NCBI GenBank assembly: GCA_904063045.1
Contig: CAJFCJ010000026.1
Coordinates: 474,964-538,963, forward strand
DNA length: 64,000 bases
Origin: Dimorphilus gyrociliatus
Lineage: Eukaryota; Animalia; Annelida
Direction: 5' to 3'
The notes under the pieces are model-generated. The model was given only the letters and a program-made list of their open reading frames with translations, made no database searches and was not told the DNA's origin. This document shows positions 50,836-63,362 of the stretch, piece after piece (the first letter of the stretch is position 1; each line of letters begins with the position of its first letter). The translations under genes were made by a program, and so were the position numbers.

Positions 50836-51414
50836 TATTGAGTTAATTTTTTCAGTCAAAAAAGATAATAGACCAAGGAAGGACCAATTGTTGAATCAAT
50901 CGAGATGGAGGATTTTCTTTTGATTTTCTCTCATTGTTGAAAATGATCACGTCTAGTAAAAAAAATATTAAAGTTAACGATGAGTATGAATTCATTATTC
51001 TAAGTTTCCTTATCATACTCATACTTGAATATTGTGCATAGTGACCGTTTTAATTTTGTACGAGACTATTTATACACCACTTACCCAGTCTAAAAAGTAT
51101 AACGATTGGGAGAAAAGAAGTCACGTGATTAATCGCGTTGTTCCCAATTTATGAAAAAGAATGAAAGACACGTCACATGACATGTTGAATTTAATTATTT
51201 GATCTATAAAATTGTATAAATATAATGATGTACTACTTACGTCATATTTATGAGGTGAATATAATAAATATTCATGAAGAAACTTTGTTTATATCTTAAT
51301 TATTCATATATGAATATTCATGAAGTAATTGATTTATGTAACTATCTAACTGTCTTTTAAACTAACCTATTTTTATCTTTAAAAATAATAAGTTAACGTA
51401 ATTTGGAATTATAT

Positions 51415-54400
51415 TTTCTAGACTGGTTTTCAGAAAAAAGATTCTTATATACAAAAAAAGAAAAATCATAGTTTAATATTAGTATGGTTCCCCTTCCTTT
51501 TTAATTTGAAATAGTTGTACACTTGAAATTTTTTAAACAAAGCGGAACTAGGTACCATATTTTAATATACATGATTCAAAATCATTGAAAACCAATAATT
51601 TATTCAATATTTTCCAGAAAAGATCTATTTTTAAAATATTTGATTTAAGTTTAGTATGGTTTCCCCTTCCGTCGCTAAATCATATTCTATAACGGATTTC
51701 AATTAGCCAAGTTTTAAAAGAGAACCACATTTAATATGGTTTCCGTCTATCCGACAAAAATTCATATTTTAAAATGTTTCCCGGAAATAGTTTCACCTCC
51801 CAAAAAATTGCTATCAAAAGGTATTTTAGTCTGGTTCCTCTCTTCCCTTTAAAAGTGCACAAAATGTGTACAAGTAATTTTTCTAGTGTGGTTCCCCTAC
51901 CAAATAAAAGAACTCTTTACTTTTAACATTTCAATCTGTATTTTTAAAAAATATTTTAGCATGGTTTCTTTATATTTTCTGTACTTTATAAACTGTAGTG
52001 TGGTTCCCCTCTGATACAAAATATACTATTATTAGTGTCTAATGTGGTTCAAATTTTAATTTGTAAATATAATAAAATGCTTTAAAGCCTAAAATGTTTC
52101 TTAATATGGTTTTCTCCAAGTAAATTCAATTACAATACCCGCAAAAGAGTCTGTTATACCATTAAAACCAGTTTATAAAACCATAAATCTGGGAGGAAAA
52201 CTCTAAAACAAAATGGAACAAGGTACCATACTTTCTAAATTCTCACATATAGTGTGGTTTTCCTTCCTGAAACAAAACACATTTTTAATAGAATGTATTA
52301 TACTTTTCATTTAAAACAAGATATTTCAAAAAATATTCTGTTAGTCTTGTAACAAGATAGTTATTAACCTTTTTGTGAATACACACCGGAAGTTAAAAAC
52401 TGGGTCAACTCATTCCTCTCTTTACCAGTTTGTTTTTAAAAAACATTCAACAAATGCTGAAAACTTTTTTATAATAATTTCCATCCATTAATTTTTGGAG
52501 TGTGGTTCTTGTTCCTTCCCTATAAAATATACATTAAAATACTCTGTCCTAGAATTTTTGCATCAAGATAAAAGTGTGGTTTATGATTCCTCTTTCCAAA
52601 AATTTAACGACAAAACAGCTGTGGACATTTTCCTGAAATATGTTTCCTGTCCCATTTAATCAATAGATAACAGATATGCTTAATCTTTTAAAAGACAAAA
52701 CATATTGAAAATATAGTGTGGTTCCTCTCCGTTGCACATAAACAGATTTTTAGTCAAATCTAATCCTCTCCGAATTTTTAACCCAGTAAAATATTTACAA
52801 GCTAATATAATGTGGTTCCTGTCTGCCCTTAAAATACACTTTAGAAATTAGGCTACTATTTTCGAAACAAAATGGATTCCAGAGTGGTTCTTGTCCAAAT
52901 AAAAAGTAAATACATTTGGAGTTGTATGCATAATTTTTGTAAAAATTTTATTTCGATTATTATAGTGTGGTTCCCATCCACCACAAAAAATCTGTTTCAA
53001 AATGTTTGGTAGTTTTTTTTTTCATGAGACAGAAAACCTTTAAAGGTATTTTAGTGTGTTTTAAACCACAATACATTTTTTACTAATAACAAAAATGTAA
53101 CCTGGGTTCCATCGCTCCCCCTCCTTTAGTAATTAATAATAAAAAGTTAAAAATTTGATATAGTGTGGTTCCTTTCCCTTAAAAAACGACAAATTTTGTA
53201 AAACGCCATCTACCGCCTTCCTTCAATACCAGTAGTATGGTTAACACATTTTTAAATGTAATTCTACGCAAATACCTTTTTGAAATATCTTTTCTATCCC
53301 AACAGCATTACATTAAAAGTAATATTTTAGTCTGGTTCTCAAGTTGTAATAAAATTTAAAAATGTATTCTAAGCTCATTAAAAATATGTTCAAGAGTGGT
53401 TCCTCTCAATGTCAAATTGTACCGCACCAAGATGTGGTTCCTGTCCCCTATAAAAAATGCATTATTCACATAATTTTCCAAGTGTGGTTTCGTATTTTAA
53501 AAAAATAAATATAGATAAATATTACATTAATTAGACAGTACCACACTACTATTTGAATTTTATTGTTCACAAGAAAAAATGCTTTCTAAAAATTAATCAT
53601 ATGTGCATGTTTAATTGCAATAGGAACCACATTAGTACAGTTTCTAAACAAAACTATTTACTGGTATAATTTGAAATTGTATTTCTTTTTGGAGAAAGGA
53701 ACCATGCTATTTTTGTTTTTTTTGATAAATTACTAAAATTTTTTTGTGAGGGACAGAAACCATACTAACACACTTTGTAGATATTTTTATTTATACTAAA
53801 ATATTGGTGTACAAGTGTGTTTTATTTGAAGTAGGGTAACCACACTAAAACAAATTTTTAGAAAGAAAATAATGTTTGAAACATGATTTATATAATTTTT
53901 AAAAAAGCTGAGAAGCCTATTTTTTATTAAAATTGGAAATCTTCATCTTTGAATATTCTGCCAGTATTTTTAGAAAATTTTTAATATTTAACTTTATTGA
54001 TAATATATCAGCATACATTTTAAAATGTATTGCTTTTTGTGGACAGGAACCATACTTAACCATTTTCTAAATATCATGTTTTTGGAAAGCAAAGAATACA
54101 AGATTATCTTTATTATGTATTGTTATTAAGAAGAATATACAAGTGGAAAGAAAACACATTAGAAGATATTTTTAAAAAGATCATGTTCCTTTTAAAGAAG
54201 AAAAATAATGTAAAAGTCTTCAATACCTCTTTCTGATTTTTTATGATAGAAACCAAAATGTATGAATATCTGGAATGTATTTTAAAATGTATTTTAAAGG
54301 TGTTGTTTTCAAGAAAAAATAATGGCATAAAATTTTAAAAGTTGTTAGTTTTTTTTGGAGGACAGGAACCATACTATAAAAATTTTTCAAATTAGTTGTC

Positions 54401-57400
54401 ACACCAGAATAAATTTTTTTTATATCCTGTTTTTAATTTTAAAATTTTTTAATTGTTTTGCGCTGAAAACACAGAAGAATACATTTTTAAATGTGTTTTC
54501 TTCAGAGAACAGAAACCAGATTAAAACCCATTTTGTACATTATAAAATCTGGACAGGCACCATACTAGAGTACATTTAAACAGTATTCTTTTTAAAAGGA
54601 AAAGGATAATAGATTTTGAGGAAGAAAGAAACCACACTATAATGCTTTTTATATAAGTAGCTTTGAAGGATAAAATACCTGGAAACATTTTTAGATGTGT
54701 TTAACACTTTTCCAAAAATATATTTAAATATATTATAGAATATCAGCTTACAACTTAAAATGTTTTTTTTTCTCCTATGGGACAGGTACCACACTAGAAA
54801 ACTTTCAACATTTTTGATTTTAAAGAAAAATTCTAGAGCGCGCTGGAAAATGTGGTTTATGTGGTTTTGAACAAGAACCACCCTAGATTACTTTTAAAAT
54901 GTGTCTCTACAAAAATATCTGGAAATATTCTACAATGTATGTTTTTTTGTAAAAAGAACAAGAACAACTCTAGAAAATAATTCAAAAAATATTTTAGTAT
55001 GGTTCATGTCACACCAGAAAAAATTATAAAAAAAGTATCCTGAAAACAGGTAATTAAATTAAGAAAGATTTTTTTTAAACGGGTATCTGTTCCTTCCGAA
55101 AAAACACTTATTGCACTTAAAAAGCTATATTTTTGTAAATTTAAAAAAATAAAATAATTCCAAATGGAACAAATGCCTTTTTTTTGTAGAAATAAAATGT
55201 AAATTAATATCTTAAATTTAATATAGACAAGGATTCTGTTTTGAAAGGGGAGCCACACAAGAATACATGTAATTAACACTTTCATATCTCAATAACTTAA
55301 CCTTTCAAATTCATATAATATTCTCATTTTTGACCTTGACCTTCAGAAAGACATTAGCATAAAAATCTAAGATGTGAAAAACTAATGACCTGTTAACATT
55401 TCAGATATGGTCCTTTTTTATATTGGAAAGGGGAATCACACTATAAAACTCTCTATGGTCTTTCATTTCATACATTATTCTTGAAAAAATGAGATGATAT
55501 TTTCTTGATGAGCAGAAAGGAACCATACTAACACTAAATTTTTAATGAAAAAACATAACCATACTATGAGAAACCATACTATTTTTAAAAAATTTGGAGG
55601 ATATAATTTTTTTTTGGTTCGATGAGAGATCAGTATCCACATTTGGCAGAAATTGTCAAACTTTTAAATATTTTAGTATGGTGCCATGCATGTGATCTGA
55701 TTCATTAAAAAATGTTGTAAAAATGACTGTAGTGTGGTTCTTGTCCTTTTAAAAAAACCTAATTTAATTTTTAATGATTTAAGTTTTTTTTGAGGGAATA
55801 CTTATAGTATGGTTCTTGTTCCAACAAAAAAAATTCAATGCTATTAGTTGTTAATTAATTTTAAAAGTGATTTCTTTTTAAAATTGTGTCAATAATATTG
55901 TCCAATCTGACCAGGAAACCACACTAGAAAATAATGAAGGTGTCTAATTTTTTCTACCTAAATGTACTTTTATATCAAACAAATTATATTCCTTTTCCCT
56001 TCAATAAGACAACTATAACAAGAGTCCTATGAAAAACGGGTAAGCCTTTAAAGGTGAAGGACGACAGATCATATAAGTTACAACCAAATTTTAAATTAGG
56101 ATTTAATGTGGTTCCCATTCAGTAAAATTCTTTAATTTTTAAAGTATTTTTGAAATTGATCACTTCAATGAATTTTTAAATATATATATATATATATATA
56201 TAACTAAATGGTTTAAAAATATATTCTAGTGTGGTCTATGTCTCACCAAAGAATATGTTTTATGCATACTTATACCTCTTTTCTTAACAAATATTTTTCT
56301 AGTGTGGTTCTTGTTGCTTTCCAAAAAATATTACATTTTAAAACAATATACTTGTATAATTAATACATGAGAAGAAAAAATTTGGAAAGTACTCAATTTC
56401 ATCAGGATAGAATACCAGAATATTTTTTAAAAAGAATTTTGAGGATTGGGAAACATTGAAATAAAAAGGATTTTAGCGTGGTTCGTGTCACATTTAAATC
56501 ACATTTTGAAATGTATCCTAGTAAAGAAGATAGTAGGGTTTCCAACAAAGGTGGTCTAATATACTTTTATTTCAGAATCAATAAATTAAAAATTTTTTGC
56601 TAGACTGGTTCCCTACGATTAATAAACCTCCTCCATTGAAATCTAGGGTGGTTTATGTCCTAAACAAAGAAAACCTAAGATATTTTCACTTCTTTTTCAT
56701 ACATTGTTTGTAAAAAAATACATTTTTCAGAAATGTTCTACAATGGTATTTTAAAAAAAAAACACATTCTAGTATGGTTTCTTTTTAAATAATTCACTAG
56801 AGAATAGAGGCAATACTGTTTTATTAGAGTGGTATCCTGTTTTTTTGAAAATATTTTGATAAAGTAGTTGTCTCCAAAAATTAGTATGGTTTTTATACAT
56901 CAAGTGTATCATAGTCTTCTTTCCAGAATGGAATACTTTATTAGAGTGGTACCTTGCTTTATTTGAAAATATATTTTTACAAACAGTAGCAGCCTGTTTT
57001 TTTTTAAGTGATATCTTCTTTTATATGAAAATATTTTTTGATGTTAAAACAATTGTTGCTATTATTTTTGAAAAGAATACAACTATGAACAAAAATTAGA
57101 ACATGTGGTTGTATTCTAGTATGGTTCTTGTTCCCACCCAAAAAACACAAATAAAAAAACTTTTCCCCAGCAGCCTTCAGTTTCAAAATAATCCATTTTT
57201 TAAATATGTTCTATTGTGTTTCTAGTCAAAACAAAAGATTATATATTTACTTTTGAAGAACCTAAAAATACTAAATATATTGAAATATATATTAGTGTGG
57301 TTCCCTTTATTTGTCTATAACCTCAAAATGTCTGTATTCCAGACCATTTATTAAAAGATTTTTTAAATGTAGAGTAGGTAAGAAATCTTTGGTGTAACAT

Positions 57401-58035
57401 TAGAAAGAAATGTTTGAAAAGAATACTAAAACATATATTAAAATACCTTTTGTTTGGGGACTTGGTAGCCACACTAGAATAAACAGATTTCAAAATGTTC
57501 TTTGTTCCAGAGAATACTAGAGTTCATTTTCAAATGAGTTTGCTTTAAAAAATTGTTTTTTAAATAAAAGATTTTTTAAGAATACATTCTAAGGGAACCA
57601 TACTAGAACATTTTTTAAATGTCTACTGCGTGGAATAGGAACCACATTAGAAGAATTTTAAGAGAGTTTTTTCATTTTACATCCAGCTAGCTCAGGCTTC
57701 AACATTATGAAATTTATTTGAATATTTTCATGTTTTTCAGTTAATGCTATACTACTCAAGATATGTTTTTGAAAAAAAAACTTTTAATTGGGTTTCCATC
57801 TGTCTGTTATCTATTTTTTCCCTTTTTTTCTTTGAAGAAATAAGCAAACAGCCAGAGACTTTTTATCAATATGATATTCTATTTTATTATCTTATTGAAG
57901 TTTTGTTGAATCTTCAACATAATTAAACAATCAAACAAAATTTTTGGCTATGTGAAACATTATAAACAATAATCTTGTATTATTTCACACCCAAACAAGA
58001 CACTGAACAAATTTATGTTCTAGAGTGGTTCCCGT
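51415..58035. repeat. GGAACCA-N2-CTA motif array, block G (alternating ~2-kb polarity domains)
   Basis: About 60 copies by manual listing. Confidence 0.9.
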
Positions 58036-58675
58036 CCCTTTTTGAAGAAGTTAAAATGTTTTTTTTATAATTTTCTTAAGAGGTGTGTCTATATATGTAA
58101 GTCATTGAATGTTTATAATTTTGATAAATACTGTATTGTTTGTTGCTGTTGGAAGAATGCAGGACATTAAAATATTTATTGAAAAGGTCACGTGACCTAA
58201 TTCAGTAAGCGTAAGACACTTAATACTGTTCTTCATTTGTTTTAAGCCCTGTTTTAATAGGGAGAGACTTGAACAGTTGGTCATTTTTTTGTGAAATGTA
58301 TACAGATTATATGTTTGATTGCTCAACAACTGGTATGCAATGAAAAGAGAGAGAGAGTTAGCTATATAGGTCAATAATGCTTCAATCATATAGTGTTCTC
58401 TATCAAAAAATGCATATGAAGATAAAGAAACTAGAATAGTATCTTTTTAAACAAGATCATTATTATTTCAATGTTTGTCAATAAATAAAAAGAAAGTGGA
58501 TTTTTTCATGTTTTTTTTTCTTAATTTTTTAAGACTTTTTTTTAACAATAAGAGCAACTCAAAAGCATCTAGAAGTGAAATATTTACAAACATTTCAGGT
58601 CAGAGGTCATTACTGTTGAACATCCTCTGTGATAAATGATTATTTTCAAAGTCCAACAGCTTATTTATATGAGAA

Positions 58676-58900
58676 TAGCGCCCTCTTTCCCGACATTGTT
58701 TTTTATCTAAATAAATATGGCTGTCGGTTAATTAATATTCATGATGTTGTTTTTAAACAAACAAACAAGAGAATACTCAAAAAAATCGTTGATAAATCTA
58801 ATATATGAATATTCACGTACTCAATTGACTTGAGTACTAATCAGCATATAAAAAAAAATGAATATTAATGAGCAGATCACATGACGTCATAAACCAATAA
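58676..58900. promoter_or_regulatory. CTCF-like half-site, ATGAATATTCA palindromes, E-box-like and CRE sites
   Basis: tagcgccctct 58676, attaatattcat ~58731, tgaatattca ~58806, tcacatgacgtca ~58878. Confidence 0.4.
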
Positions 58901-59740
58901 ATTTAGTGCGCAAGGCATTCCATCAATTAGTTATCCTCCAACTACGGAATGGTGATGATAATGTTTACGGTTGTAATATAATATTCGCACGTCACTAATT
59001 TTTCAATTATCAAAAAAGATGGAAGACTTTATGCTTAAAGAAAAATTATCTTTTCCAAAGATAAACAAACAAATAAACAAACTCTTTATTAAAATTATTA
59101 TTTCAATGGAGAAAATTCTCAATTCTATATTCGTAATATAATCCAATCAATCTTGGAAATATTGTTTAATATCCTCCATTTTAAGATCTTAATAAATATC
59201 TTCTTTTTTTGTTAAAAGATAAAAAGAAACCTCTCTTTTTTTTTTTCTTCAAAATTTGAAGGAAAAAAAAAAAAGAAAATTTTTTTTTTCCTTTTAACTT
59301 ACATGATAAATCTCTTTGATCCCTCATCTTCCCAAATCTCTATCATCCATCCTCCATTGTTAAAAGGGGATCATTTTTTTTTATATAGTTTTTTTTCGAA
59401 TAATTCGAATTTAAGAAGATTAGTCTTTTTTTCTCAATAATCTTTTTCCATAATTTTTCTTCCATCAGGATAAGTGTTATCTTCCATGAAGATAATCTTT
59501 TTTTCGTTATGAAAATGACAATCATGTTAATTTAATAATTGTTTTTCAGTCAAAAAAATATAAACATTGTTTTAAACAAGTTTGGTCCAAACACTTAAAT
59601 GATAGAAAGTGTCAAATGTGGTCACATCTAGTAGATAAATATCCATAGATATTTATTATAAAATGGGCTCCTGGTTGTAATATCAAACCAGAAAAGAGAA
59701 TGATTATTTCTCTTCTCCCCAGGCGGTTCATACTGATTAA

Positions 59741-59773
59741 TGACAATTGGCTCCTGACGCTCTGGTATTTATA
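59741..59773 (-). promoter_or_regulatory. TATA-Inr core promoter on the minus strand
   Basis: TATAAATA (59773-59766) with Inr-like TCATTA whose A (59741) lies 32 nt downstream, the same spacing as the 34635 cassette. Confidence 0.45.
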
Positions 59774-59933
59774 GCAGATGACAATCAGCGACCTCTGTCG
59801 ACAAAATCAAGAATCAAAATTAAAGTTTGGTTTCCCGTTACCCACCTCCACCCTAAAAAAAAGTCCAAAAATTTCATATTATAACATTAAAAAATTTATT
59901 TTTATATTTGTCCTTTCATTATCACTTCATTCA

Positions 59934-60085
59934 CTTTTTATTCGGCCTTCACCTTTAACATCACCCCATTAGTTTTTTTTTTATTCGGCCTTCACCTTCA
60001 ACATCACCCCACTTTTTTTTTTATTCAGCCTTGACCTTTAACATCACCCCATCATTTTTTTCTTATTCGGCCTTCACCTTCACAC
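59934..60085. repeat. ~42-bp tandem repeat (TTATTCGGCCTTCACCTTTAACATCACCCCA), 3.5 copies
   Basis: Copies start at ~59938, 59982, 60022, 60064; one carries CCTTGACCTT. Confidence 0.92.
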
Positions 60086-60119
60086 TTAAAAAAATATTTA
60101 AAATGTAATTTGCTTGAAA

Positions 60120-63100
60120 AAGGAACCACACTAGGATTGTTTGCACTTGGTTTTCTTTTTAATAAAATAGTACATTTTCACTTTTGTATAAAATGTACAT
60201 CTTTTTCAAATTTTTTGTTTAGAAAAATGAAGCAAACTAAAACAAGATTATTAATATGTTGCTTTAAAATTTAAGAATAATTCATTTTGTGTGTGAAAAG
60301 GGAACCACACTAGCACAGATTTTTAAAAAAATGACTTTTGTTTGAATGGTAAGTAATACATGGATTCAATTTAGAAAATGTTTTGATTGATTGGGGAAAA
60401 GGAACCATACCAGAAATTATTTTTTGATGTTTTAAAAAACGAAATTTTTAAGTAAATGAATTGTCAGGGAAGGGAACCATACTAGAAGATAATTTTTATG
60501 TATTTTTTTTGAAAAAATGCTTTGTTTTGAAAGAAACCACTCTACCTTCTAAAGAAATATGGGAATAAGTATTTCAATGAAAATGTCAGAAATTGTCAAT
60601 TACACTAGTTAAACTGTTTTAAAAAAAATTCTATACACAATTGTGTAATTTATTTTTTGAAACAAAATTTTCTCAATAGTCCAGCCATTTATTGTGAAAA
60701 AACAATGTTTTTAATGGAATAGAAACCATGCTAAATAATTTAAGGTGATTGTAGACTAAGCTGAAATAATTGCAGCATAGAGTAATAGAATACATTTGAA
60801 TTAATTTTTGTAATGATGGTAAATTATGCAAGAAAACTACACTAGCATTCAGGTTTAATACATTTCATATATGGAAAGAAAGAAGAACCATACTATGATA
60901 TGGTTTGAGAAAAAGTCATATTGAAAGACATTTTAAATTCATAATAAATCTTTTTTGTTTTGTTTTGATGATTTCAAATGTTGTGCTTTTAAAGTAAAAC
61001 ATTCAAAAATGTTTGAGAGGGATAGGAACCACACTAGAACACACAACTATAAAATACTAACTTTTTTTAAGAAAAAAAAAATACTAGAATACATTTTCAA
61101 GTGTTTTTCTTATGGAAGGGAACCAGATTAGTCAGGAAAATCCTATTAGAATATCAAAAAAGGAAGCCATACCATTATTTAATGAAAATATTATTTTTTA
61201 GGGGGGAGGGGGACAGGAACCAGCATAAAACATTTTTGTATGTATTTCATATTTAAAATACGTTTGCTTAGCCCGTGAGTGGAATAACTTTATTATATAT
61301 TTTTAATAGTCAAAGTTTGGGAAAAGAAAACCACATTAAAATACATGTGAAAATGTAATTTTTAGTGGGAAAAATTTCTTGAATACAATTCAAATACTGG
61401 AATATATTACAGGAACCATACTAAAATACAATTTATATATGTTTTGTTTGGTTTGTAGTAGAATGTTAGAGAAATATTATTAATATTAGTTTTTTAAAGT
61501 ATTTCTTTTTGGGACAAGGAACCACACTATAACATATTTTTAAATGTTTTGGTAAGGAGATAAAGGTATACTTAAAGACATTTCAAAATGTGTTTTTTGT
61601 GTGGTTTAAGACGGGACGGGAACCGTATTACAATATATTTTTCTCAAATTTAATCAAAGAAAATGAATAAACCTGCTTTGTTTTGAAGACGAACCATACT
61701 ACAATTGATTTTTATGCATTTACTGTAGAATTTTTTCAAACCACACTAGAATACATTGTATTATGTTCTCTGTTTGGTAGGGGAACCATACTACGAAACA
61801 TTTTAAAATATGTTTTGTTTGAGAGGGAAGTTTTGGTTTAAAAGACACCATACAAATGTGTATCAAAAATGTGCTCTGTTTTTTGGAAGGGAACCACACT
61901 ATAACATATTTTTTAATATGTTTTGCATTCAAGTAGTTTTGATTGCATGTATAAAAAAAATGCAGGAAAATGTATTTAAATGTTTTTTTTTTGAAAGATA
62001 AGAATACTGCAATACATTGCTTTGTTAGGAAAGGGAACCACACTATGTTATATATCATTCTGTTTAAACTATAGTGTATTCCACTAATAGTACTGTTTTC
62101 TTTCATAGCCTTGTCATAAATTGACAAGCTATATATGGTGGTGTACTGCTAGGGGGACCATACTAAAGTATATTCAAAATACCCTTTTGTCTTCAAAGGA
62201 GAGTTATATTAAAACACATTATTTTCTTAGGCTGAGGGTTTGCAAAAAGAGATAACTAAATTTCAAGGAATTTTAAAATAAATTTGAGAGTGGAACAGGA
62301 ACCATATTAAAAAGGCTTGGGTATGGGAGAACATTTTGGACTGAAAAATATAAAAAACATGAAGGATTTATTCTTATGAGAGCGACCATACTTGAAGACA
62401 ATTAAAATCTATTGTTTAGTTTTTAAAGGAAACCATACTATTATACCATTAAGGATGAACCACTCTAAAAATACAATTGTAAAAATTTTTATTTTAATAG
62501 AAACAAAAACATACAAGAACATTTTTGAAAATGTACTTTTGATTTTCAAGGAAACCATACTAAACCTTTTAAGAACATATTCAATGGATTTGAAATGTGT
62601 ATTTGGGGGAACGGAAACCACGCTAAAACAAATAAGGATGTTTTTTTAAAAGAAACTTTACTAATGAATGTTTTGTCTTGATAAAAAAAGTATAGCAATA
62701 GATACTTTTAAAATGTGTTTTGTATTTGAAGGGAACCACACTAAACTTTATTTGGCAGAGGAACAACAATAGAATACATTTAATTTATTACTTTTAAGGA
62801 AACCATACTAGAATATAAAAAAAATTCTTTTGGAGAACCACACTAGAGCAAATTGTTATAATAGGCTGCTTTGAAAAGAGTGTTTTTAAGAAAAAAGGAA
62901 ACCACTCTAAAGTACATTTTTAAATGTGTTCTTTTTCCGGTGTTAATGACGGATTAGGTAGTGAATCAGCAATGGAAGCGGGGTCACTTTCTCTGCAAAA
63001 TTATCACATTATTATCATTTCCTACAACAGATTTTCTAGTATGGTTCCTGTCATAATAAAAACACATTGTACATGCATTTTAGTATGATTTCTTTAAGAT

Positions 63101-63362
63101 AAAAAGAAGAATTCTCAAAATGATTTAATTTATGATAGATATGTATTTTTTCGTGGGAAGGGAACCTTACTAGAATACAATTTAAATGTATTTTTTTGTG
63201 CGGAAAGGAAACCATACTAGACAGACACTTTCAATGTTTGTTTTTTTTTGTTTTTTCGGAACCACACTAAAACAGTTTTTGAATCTATTTTTTGCGCGGA
63301 ACGGAAACCATATTAGAAAATAGTTAAAGTCTACTTTTTAATGGATAGGGAACCATACTAGA
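60120..63362 (+). repeat. GGAACCA-N2-CTA motif array, block H (almost fully unidirectional)
   Basis: About 38 copies; only one clear reverse copy (~63040). Confidence 0.9.

Noticed and set aside
2195-63362. CRISPR array interpretation of the repeat-plus-unique-spacer pattern
   Set aside because: The repeat is only ~12 bp and degenerate, spacing is irregular, orientation flips, there are no cas genes and the context is eukaryotic.
2195-63362. Motif as RUNX sites (AACCACA) or CACTA-transposon termini
   Set aside because: Very common variants (AACCATA, AACCAGT) break the RUNX core and CACTA, while the distal TA stays conserved. No CACTA/EnSpm transposase motifs were seen.
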